NCBI GenBank assembly: GCA_037447235.1
Contig: JBBIHC010000004.1
Coordinates: 22,089-85,434 of the forward strand
Source of the DNA: Candidatus Micrarchaeota archaeon
GTDB taxonomy: Archaea; Micrarchaeota; Micrarchaeia; Anstonellales; Bilamarchaeaceae
DNA length: 63,346 bases
Direction: 5' to 3'
Shown piece after piece: positions 37,907 through 44,923 of the stretch. The translations under genes were made by a program, and so were the position numbers. The notes beneath the pieces are model-generated. The model was given only the letters and a program-made list of their open reading frames with translations, did no database searches and had not been told where the DNA came from. How positions within the stretch are numbered: the first letter of the stretch is position 1; every line of letters starts with the position of its first letter.

Positions 37907-38464
37907 TCAGACTTTTTCAAAGGAGACTACTTCGTCGAGGCTCTTTTTCCTGTTTATTGAGTGGGTTATGCCCTTGATCAGCGGTTCTATGACTTTTTGC
38001 CCTGCCTCGTAGCCGACGGATATGACCACTACCGGTATGTATTGGTCCGGTATCCCGAGGCCCTCTTTTAATCTTTGCTCATTGAATCCGATGGTAACGC
38101 ACGTTCCCAAACCGAGCGCCGTTGCTGCGATCAGCATATTTTCAACCGCAAGGCCAAGATCGAACAGATATGTTCTCTGTTCCTCCCTTCCGTAAAATGA
38201 TTTCCTGTCTGCCAGCGCAACGATTATCGCTGGTGCCGCGCCCATCCATTTGTTAACGACAAGGTTCGCAGCCAAAACCTTTTTCCTGTTTTCCTCGTCC
38301 CGGACAACAAGAAAATGCCATGGCTGGCGGTTCATGCCTGATGGTGCTGAGATTGCCGCTTCCAGAATCTTGGTTAGCTTTTCGTGTTCTACTTTCTTGT
38401 CCGGGGCGTAGTCGCGTACTGAGCGCCTTCTTTTTATTGCCTCGAGTGCATCCATACTAGGCAC
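37907..38464 (-). CDS. nitroreductase family protein
   Basis: 185 aa. IKRRRSVRDY N-terminal motif, with length and pattern typical of the family. Confidence 0.9.
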   Translation of the reverse strand: MPSMDALEAIKRRRSVRDYAPDKKVEHEKLTKILEAAISAPSGMNRQPWHFLVVRDEENRKKVLAANLVVNKWMGAAPAIIVALADRKSFYGREEQRTYLFDLGLAVENMLIAATALGLGTCVTIGFNEQRLKEGLGIPDQYIPVVVISVGYEAGQKVIEPLIKGITHSINRKKSLDEVVSFEKV

Positions 38465-38515
38465 TTTTTTAGAATGTATTTTTAAACATTATTTTCTAAT
38501 TCTGACATATTATTA

Positions 38516-38528
38516 GAAAATCTAAAAT
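38516..38528 (+). repeat. 13-mer GAAAATCTAAAAT, copy 1
   Basis: Exact 13-mer. The extended 18-mer TATTAGAAAATCTAAAAT starts at 38511. Confidence 0.8.
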
Positions 38529-38649
38529 GTTGATAGCAATTTTAAAGAAAACATAGAAAGGTATTTAAATATAAAACTACGGAATAAATACAGAGCCCAT
38601 GCGAATTATCCCTGAATTTTTCGTTGGGCAGTATGAAATAGGTGAAAAA

Positions 38650-38811
38650 ATGAGTGATGAAGAGGAAGGCAGCGGATTCGGCTCTGAAAGGCCGATGTAC
38701 GATGCAGTCTGCTCAAAATGCGGGCAGCCGTGCAAGGTTCCGTTTAAGCCTGCGGAAGGAAGACCGGTTTATTGCAGGAACTGTTATAAACCGCGAAGAC
38801 CAAGATACTAG
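38650..38811 (+). CDS. CxxC-x17-CxxC zinc-ribbon domain protein
   Basis: 53 aa from MSDEEEGSG. CSKCGQPCKVPFKPAEGRPVYCRNC pattern. SD-like GGTGA upstream of 38650. The ORF track begins at 38599. Confidence 0.7.
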   Translation: MSDEEEGSGFGSERPMYDAVCSKCGQPCKVPFKPAEGRPVYCRNCYKPRRPRY

Positions 38812-38935
38812 AACCCTATTTATCATAAAATAGAATTGTCTAGTGCATAATTTTTTGTTTTTTATTTTGTTTTTTATTTTATGTCGTTTGATCATCACAT
38901 TTTCTTGGAGTATTGCTTTATCTTATAATATATTG

Positions 38936-38948
38936 GAAAATCTAAAAT
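38936..38948 (+). repeat. 13-mer GAAAATCTAAAAT, copy 2
   Basis: Exact 13-mer. The extended TATTGGAAAATCTAAAAT (38931-38948) differs by 1 nt from copy 1. Confidence 0.8.
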
Positions 38949-38972
38949 AATAATAGAACAAGTTAATTTAAA

Positions 38973-39250
38973 TTACTTATAAAGTAAACCAAATTTTCCT
39001 ATTAAGGTTATTTGTTTTTTATTTACTTTTTTAGTAAACCAATTTTCCCGGACATTATCTGGATTTTGCATATATGGTTTACTATAACAATATGATTTGG
39101 AAAATTTGGAAAACAGAATATCGGTTATTTGCTGAACACAGGAGAAAAAAAGGCAAAATGGAATTAAAAAGATATTTTATACACCATGTAAGTAAACTAA
39201 GCACATACAAAAAAGGTGCTTGTGTGTTTTCTGTTTACTTTTAAAGTAAC
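38973..39250. repeat. cluster of dyad AGTAAAC/GTTTACT boxes in an AT-rich gene desert
   Basis: TTACTTATAAAGTAAACCAAATTTTCC (38973-38999). TTTACTTTTTTAGTAAACCAATTTTCCC (39022-39049). Inverted TGGTTTACTATA (39075-39086) with GATTTGGAAAATTTGGAAAAC (39094-39114). AGTAAACT (39191-39198). GTTTACTTTTAAAGTAAC (39233-39250). Confidence 0.7.
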
Positions 39251-39423
39251 TGTTCTGCTGCGCCAGATTATTCTGTGGTATTTTCTGAAAATTCTTTTTG
39301 TTTTTTTAGCCAAGATAGGGCAGCATCCGCGGCCCAAGATTGGCTAAAAAATGAAAAACAATGGATTCAACGACGATAAACCAACAAAAGAGGATTTATT
39401 TATTTTTCGCGTGAAAAAATTTT

Positions 39424-39885
39424 ATGAGAATCAGGAAGGCAACCAGCAAAGATTTGGATGCGCTTGTCAGATTGTCCGACCGGCTTATGCTTGATCACAA
39501 AAAACGATTCAGCTATCAGTTGGCAAAAGACTTTCATGCTCCAAAAGTAAAATATTTTAAATCTTTGATAACAAAGCGAAACGCAGTATTTTTTGTTGCT
39601 GAAGAAGACAGCCAAATGGTCGGATTCGTTTTAGGAAAGGAAAAAACAGACCCGCCGGTCTATGCGCAAACAAGGATAGGGTATGCCGGGGATTTTTATG
39701 TCTTGCCCGCATATCGCAATAAAGCCATCGGAAGGAAACTTTTTGCGGCATTGAAAGATTGGTTCAAGAAAAAGAAATATAAAAAAATAGAAATCGCATT
39801 TGATTCAAAAAACATAAAAGCAAAAAAATTATACCGGAATTTGGGCTTCCGCCCATACAAGGAACTTTGGCGAATGAAAATCTAA
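39424..39885 (+). CDS. GNAT family N-acetyltransferase
   Basis: 153 aa. Acetyl-CoA motif VLPAYRNKAIGRKLF. Confidence 0.88.
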   Translation: MRIRKATSKDLDALVRLSDRLMLDHKKRFSYQLAKDFHAPKVKYFKSLITKRNAVFFVAEEDSQMVGFVLGKEKTDPPVYAQTRIGYAGDFYVLPAYRNKAIGRKLFAALKDWFKKKKYKKIEIAFDSKNIKAKKLYRNLGFRPYKELWRMKI

Positions 39886-39888
39886 AAT
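39876..39888 (+). repeat. 13-mer GAAAATCTAAAAT, copy 3 (overlaps GNAT stop), followed by variant GGAATTTCTAAAAT at 39895-39908
   Basis: Exact 13-mer spanning the stop codon of the 39424..39885 gene. Confidence 0.8.
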
Positions 39889-39944
39889 GATTTGGGAATT
39901 TCTAAAATTATTCTGCAAAAAACAAAAAAACAAAATAAAATAAG

Positions 39945-40232
39945 CTAGATCTTCTCAATCGTGCCGTTTTTTCCAGGCGAAAGCTTCAATTCGCCCTTGA
40001 ATTCAGAAACCCAGCCGTTTGTTATTCTGACCCTGTCGCCTTGCGCGAAAGAACTGGCATGCTCGTTCCACAATGCGATTTTTATTTCCCCGCTATCATC
40101 CTTAAGCTTCCCATTTGCAACGGTAAGCGTCTTGCCAAATTTTGTCTGTATCTCCTTTGGCTCTTCCAACTCAACTATTTCGCCTTCAACGGAACCTTCG
40201 CAAGCTCCCTGGCGAAGCTCTGATATTTTCAT
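39945..40232 (-). CDS. single OB-fold nucleic-acid-binding protein (short RPA/SSB-like)
   Basis: 95 aa. The pattern V.G.I...e......fGk...v....l.DesG.I...lW is typical of tRNA_anti-like OB folds. Confidence 0.8.
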   Translation of the reverse strand: MKISELRQGACEGSVEGEIVELEEPKEIQTKFGKTLTVANGKLKDDSGEIKIALWNEHASSFAQGDRVRITNGWVSEFKGELKLSPGKNGTIEKI

Positions 40233-40338
40233 ATTTCCACCTTCGTATTATGCAGTTTAGAATAGACACATATAAAAAGCAATACGTTTGCGAAAACTGC
40301 TGAGAGAGAAGCCAAGAAAACAGCAAGAATAACTAAAA

Positions 40339-40593
40339 GCGGGCTTTCCGGATTGCCGGCGTACAAAAACACAGAGCCTTTGCCATCAGCTCCGCCCTGT
40401 TGTCTGCAAGCACGGAAACTAATATTTAGGGCTGCTCCTTCCGGCCTGACCCGTTTCATATTAATTACCGCCACGCAGGACAGGGCATCCGCGCCTAAGA
40501 CAAAAGATATGTTCCTGCACAGCGACGCACCGGACATTCGGTCCGTCTAAGGGGATTTACGGAGCAGGGACCCCTGGCCCCAACCTAGCCCGC
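40339..40593 (-). ncRNA. signal recognition particle 7S RNA
   Basis: The minus strand contains GGGTCAGGCCGGAAGGAGCAGCCC, the universal helix 8 SRP54-binding motif. 5' GCGGGC pairs with 3' GCCCGC. A T-run follows the 3' end. Ends are approximate. Confidence 0.85.
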
Positions 40594-40755
40594 AATTAAA
40601 TAAAGGCATCGGTCATTTTTTAATCTAACGTTTTAACCTGATTTTGCCGCCTGAGCGCGTCTTCGTTAATCAGAAGACAGAATAGGTTGGTTCGCATACA
40701 TAAAAAAAACTAAAATAGAAACATTTAAAATCATAAACTGCCAAAATATAGTTAT

Positions 40756-41628
40756 ATGAATAAAAAACAGAAAAAGGCAGAGGCAAACAAAAAACCAGCG
40801 CCGGCTAAAGAAAACCCAGTCAGGCAGTTCAACGACTTCTTTCTTGATGGGGAACTGGCCATGGCAATAAAAAGAAATGAACTTGGTTATATCAGGAAAT
40901 TGCTTGAAGCGGGCGCGAACCCAAGTGCCCGCGCAGATACCAGGGGCAATATGTACCTTCATCTTGCATCCATTTCAAAAAATCATAAGCTGGCCGAGCT
41001 ATTGCTCATGCACGGCGCAGACCCAAACAGCGGAAACTCCCACGGCGACACGCCCTTGATATTTTCATCAATACACGACGATATAAAAATGGCTTCGCTG
41101 CTAATCAAATACGGCGCGGATGCAAACAGGGCGAATTTCAATCAAAAAACGCCGCTCATGTTTGCGGCTGAATACGAAGCGGTTAGAGTGGCGAGGTTGC
41201 TTATTGAAAATGGGGCTTTTGTAGGTGCACGGATGCTTGGCGGAAAAGAAGCCCTGGCATTCGCAATAGAAAACAGAAACCCCGAGATATGCGGCCTGAT
41301 AATATCAAAGATGGAGCGCATTGAAGATCCGGAATTGCTCATCCTTGCGATAACAAACTATCAGGAGGAAATCGCCGGCATGCTTATACAAAAGGGGATA
41401 AAGTTCAACTGCGAGTGCTCCGGCAAGTATCCGCTCATAGAGGCTGTCAAACATAACCTTGGTTCTACAGTAGAGATGCTGATAAACAATGGGGCGGATG
41501 TCAATGCAATGGATAATAATGGCGACACGCCATTAAGCATTGACAACGGAAAATACAGGGCTGTGCTAAAAAAAGCCGGCGCAAAAAGCAAATTCATGTT
41601 GCGCTTGCGTAAAATGATCAAAGGTTGA
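40756..41628 (+). CDS. ankyrin repeat protein
   Basis: 290 aa. Multiple 33-aa repeats with G.TPL..A......v..LL..GAD.N. Confidence 0.9.
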   Translation: MNKKQKKAEANKKPAPAKENPVRQFNDFFLDGELAMAIKRNELGYIRKLLEAGANPSARADTRGNMYLHLASISKNHKLAELLLMHGADPNSGNSHGDTPLIFSSIHDDIKMASLLIKYGADANRANFNQKTPLMFAAEYEAVRVARLLIENGAFVGARMLGGKEALAFAIENRNPEICGLIISKMERIEDPELLILAITNYQEEIAGMLIQKGIKFNCECSGKYPLIEAVKHNLGSTVEMLINNGADVNAMDNNGDTPLSIDNGKYRAVLKKAGAKSKFMLRLRKMIKG

Positions 41629-42145
41629 TGTTTTCTGTCAAAAACCGGAAAGCTTCCTGTTTTTTCAATTTCCTGCGGTTGCATTCCCTGACGAGATTTT
41701 GATATTTCTCTTTTTCCGTTTTATATTGCCTGAGCAACCCAGCATCAGGCTTGAAGAGATGAAACAGCCAACTGGATGCTATGGAACAGAGGCGCCTTTT
41801 TCCCATTTTTCCGTTCTCAGAAAAAGGATAGAGCCGGCACGCCAGCGGCTTATGCCGGTGAATTATGCATCCCTTTTCTTTGTCAAAAAAACAGCACGGG
41901 TGCGATTTCAGCGCAAGAAGGCAGCTTTCTGTATATCGGCCGTTTTCGCATTCAATCACCTGCTCGTCGTCAAATGAAAGTATGTCCAGCCGGCGGAGCT
42001 CTGCGAATTCTTCTGCTTTCAGGCCGGTAGTGGAAACAATGCGCCCAATGTCAAAAGAAGTGACTGTTATCACAAAAGAGATGCAGCAGTTGCCATCACA
42101 AAAATCGCAGGGCGAAAGCATCGGGGTTATCTGACCAATAGGCAT
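41618..42145 (-). CDS. YkgJ-family (UPF0153) cysteine-cluster protein
   Basis: 175 aa. N-terminal CDFCDGNCC cluster and later C..H..PL.CRLYPF motif. Confidence 0.8.
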   Translation of the reverse strand: MPIGQITPMLSPCDFCDGNCCISFVITVTSFDIGRIVSTTGLKAEEFAELRRLDILSFDDEQVIECENGRYTESCLLALKSHPCCFFDKEKGCIIHRHKPLACRLYPFSENGKMGKRRLCSIASSWLFHLFKPDAGLLRQYKTEKEKYQNLVRECNRRKLKKQEAFRFLTENINL

Positions 42146-42156
42146 TTATATCTTTT

Positions 42157-42999
42157 TTGTTTTTTATTTTTATGGGATTTATGGCAAAAAGAAGGGAATG
42201 GTGCCACAAGTACGATTTTGGCCATCTGCTCGTAATAGGGGGCAACTGGAAATATTCAGGCTCGCCTGCCTTTAATGCGCTTGCCGCCCTTCGCAGTGGC
42301 GTTGATCTGGCAACTGTGGCGGCGCCGGAGCGTGCAGCAAACATAATTGCCTCGTTTTCGCCTGACCTCATAACAGTGCCATTACCCGGCAACTTCCTTA
42401 CCACGGATCAATGCGATTTGATATACGATATAATAAAAAACGAAAAAATCACCGCGGTCGTGGCAGGCGGCGGGATGGGAAAACAGCAGGAAACCCTGCG
42501 CGCGCTTACTTCCATACACAAAAAAACCGATATTCCGTTTGTGTTTGACGCCGATGCCATATATGCAATAGCAATGGCAGGCCTAAAACCAAGAGAAAAA
42601 GATCTCATAACCCCACACGCCGGAGAATTTAACGCACTATTCAACATTAAGCCCTCTACCGCACTCAAAGAAAGAAAAGCTCAGGCTGAAAAGGCCGCAA
42701 AGAGAGCGAACTGCACCGTGCTATTGAAAGGCTGGGTGGATATAGCTACGGATGGCAAAAAGACGATGATGATAAAGAAGAACAGAAACACGCTATTTAT
42801 GACAAAAGGCGGAACCGGCGATGTCCTTGCCGGAATAGCCGGAAGCCTCATCGCGCAAGGCATTCCATCTCTTGAAGCTGCTTGCCTGGCAGCAAAAATA
42901 AATGGCATTGCTGGTGCGCGCGTGGGAAAAGAAAAAGGTGCAGGCCTTTTGGCCAGCGACTTGCTGGAAGAAATACCTGCCGCATTAAAAAATATATGA
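42157..42999 (+). CDS. nnrD: ADP/ATP-dependent NAD(P)H-hydrate dehydratase (YjeF C-terminal type)
   Basis: 280 aa. HKYDFGHLLVIGG and GGTGDVLAG motifs. Confidence 0.9.
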   Translation: MFFIFMGFMAKRREWCHKYDFGHLLVIGGNWKYSGSPAFNALAALRSGVDLATVAAPERAANIIASFSPDLITVPLPGNFLTTDQCDLIYDIIKNEKITAVVAGGGMGKQQETLRALTSIHKKTDIPFVFDADAIYAIAMAGLKPREKDLITPHAGEFNALFNIKPSTALKERKAQAEKAAKRANCTVLLKGWVDIATDGKKTMMIKKNRNTLFMTKGGTGDVLAGIAGSLIAQGIPSLEAACLAAKINGIAGARVGKEKGAGLLASDLLEEIPAALKNI

Positions 43000-43015
43000 C
43001 AATTCAGGCGACGCT

Positions 43016-43399
43016 CTAGCTGCTTTTCCAAAACCCGTGAAGGTTGCAGTACTCCCGCGCAAAAGCAACATCACTTATGCCAATCTTGAAAGAAGCCTCT
43101 GGCGCATCGCCCGGCTTCAGAAACTTTATGTAGCTCCCGCCATCCTTTGTTACTACTTCCACCCATTCTATATAATGTGCGGCTTCCATCGGGTGCGGAA
43201 CCGACCCGACTTTTACCTTGACGCCCCCTCTTATTTTTTCCATTACCGGCACGTGCTTTTCCTGACTCGCATCAACCGTATTTTCCTTGAGCAGCTGCAT
43301 AGGCTGGCCGCAGCAGACCAGGGTGCCGGCGCCGTTATGCAAAACGCTCACTATGTTGCCGCAGACATTGCATTTGTATACCTCAAGTTTTTGTGTCAT
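43016..43399 (-). CDS. dfx: desulfoferrodoxin (2Fe superoxide reductase)
   Basis: N-terminal desulforedoxin site [18 protein letters not shown] centre EKHVP...H..E..H..CNLHG. Start at [10 protein letters not shown]. Confidence 0.92.
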   Translation of the reverse strand: MTQKLEVYKCNVCGNIVSVLHNGAGTLVCCGQPMQLLKENTVDASQEKHVPVMEKIRGGVKVKVGSVPHPMEAAHYIEWVEVVTKDGGSYIKFLKPGDAPEASFKIGISDVAFAREYCNLHGFWKSS

Positions 43400-43435
43400 A
43401 AAACCACCAACAAATATAATAAACAAAATGCCTGA

Positions 43436-43879
43436 TCAGATGGCGCATCCGCTCAGTTGCGCAAGTTCTTCCAGGCTTCTTTCTCCAACGTATTGCCTGC
43501 CGCCGATTATCCAGGTCGGGTATGCGGTTATTCCAGTCTTTGCGCATTCTTCAGTCTGCCCGCCCTGGGGCGCCTGGCACTCCACATAGGTTAATTTATC
43601 CGCCGTTTCTCCGAAAAGCGCCTTTTGGTTTCTGCAATGGGGGCACCAGGACGCGCCATAAAGGATTGCCCCCTTTGCGCTCAGGCATTCGGCAAGACTT
43701 CCATATGTTCCATTTGCCTGATTTGAAAAATTCGTCCCGTTTTCATCCACAGCCATCTCATCTGCCGGTTGGGCGCCTGCCCCTTGGAAAAGAACAAGCG
43801 CGGCAAGGCCGACCAGTGCGACCGCGCCGAGCAATATAAACGAATAATACACATACATCGCTTTTTTTTCCTCATCCAT
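43436..43879 (-). CDS. membrane-anchored thioredoxin-like protein (VKOR-associated Trx-type domain)
   Basis: 147 aa. N-terminal TM, then YGASWCPHCRNQK and a C-terminal YPTW..G motif. Confidence 0.75.
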   Translation of the reverse strand: MDEEKKAMYVYYSFILLGAVALVGLAALVLFQGAGAQPADEMAVDENGTNFSNQANGTYGSLAECLSAKGAILYGASWCPHCRNQKALFGETADKLTYVECQAPQGGQTEECAKTGITAYPTWIIGGRQYVGERSLEELAQLSGCAI

Positions 43880-43947
43880 TTAATCGACCGCCTGCTCAGC
43901 TAATGCTTTGCTTATATTGGCACAATATTTTTATAAACATTTAAAAA

Positions 43948-44745
43948 TCAGACCTTCAGGCCGTTTTTGATGAGTTGCTTCACTATGTCAACGCTTCCTG
44001 CCATAACCGCATAATGCAATACGCTTTTTCCATACCTGTCCTTGGCGTTTACGTCCGCTTTGTTCTCTATGAGCAGCTGCGCCATTTTTTTCTGGCGGCG
44101 CATTGCGGCCAACATGAGAGCAGTGGTTCCATCTTCATCCCGCTCATCCACCTGTGCCCGATGCGAGAGCAACAAGCGCGCCATGTCTAGCTCTCCTTTT
44201 TCGGCAGCCACCATAAGCGCTGTTCGCCCATAATTGTTTTTGGCGTTTACATCTGCGCCGTGGAGCATCAGCCGCCCGGCTATCTCAAGATGCGAGTAAA
44301 AAACAGCTTTCATCAGGGCGGTCGTTCCATCGTCGTTTTTTGCATTGACATCTGCCTTGTGCAGCAGAAGGCAGTCAACGACATTAATGCTGCCGCGGGA
44401 AACCGCGTTCATCAAGGGCGTTGTTCCGTGCTCGCCCTTCGCATTTATGTCCGCCCCGGAAGCGGCAAGCAATCCGACAAGTTCGGTATGCTCGTGAAAA
44501 ACCGCCTTTAGCAAAACACTCACCCCGCACTCGTTAGTTGCGTTTGCATCGGCGCCTGCGATGAGAGCGCATCTCGCTTCGTGAACATCTCCGCTTTCAA
44601 CCGCCCTGAACAGCCTTTGTTTCACATAACTGCGGTACTCTTCCCGCACCCCGTAACCTGCAGGATCCTTGAATGGCTTTACAACATTCCTTAAAGGGAG
44701 ATAGAGTACGTTATCCGGTTGCTTTCCTTTCTTCTTAATTTCCAT
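43948..44745 (-). CDS. ankyrin repeat protein
   Basis: 265 aa. About six tandem ankyrin repeats (GTTALM.A......a.lLl.hGADVNAK). Confidence 0.9.
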   Translation of the reverse strand: MEIKKKGKQPDNVLYLPLRNVVKPFKDPAGYGVREEYRSYVKQRLFRAVESGDVHEARCALIAGADANATNECGVSVLLKAVFHEHTELVGLLAASGADINAKGEHGTTPLMNAVSRGSINVVDCLLLHKADVNAKNDDGTTALMKAVFYSHLEIAGRLMLHGADVNAKNNYGRTALMVAAEKGELDMARLLLSHRAQVDERDEDGTTALMLAAMRRQKKMAQLLIENKADVNAKDRYGKSVLHYAVMAGSVDIVKQLIKNGLKV

Positions 44746-44923
44746 AAATTGATTTTTATAGCGACAACAATTTAAAGTTTTGCCTTGCCCGCCTTCCAGG
44801 CCATCCCGCGCTCCAGCGCCCGGTCAGCTTGCCTTTTGCCGTGCAACAAAAGGTTTTTATAGTAAAGGAACAATAATATCCCGCGCATGGCACGCGCAAG
44901 GCGTTTGCGATTCCTGTGATTTT

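Noticed and set aside
38880-38900. C/D-box sRNA: GTGATGA on the minus strand near 38889-38897.
   Set aside because: No D box (CTGA) at the proper spacing, no C'/D' pair and no terminal stem.
40229-40550. ORFs of 102 aa (-) and 65 aa (+).
   Set aside because: They lie entirely within the SRP RNA gene.
44780-44923. 48-aa N-terminal extension of the MCM ORF (MPCPPSRPSRAP..).
   Set aside because: It is Pro/Arg-rich, starts at a non-ATG codon, and overlaps the promoter-like region. The conserved MCM N-terminus begins at MAGEDISS (44924).
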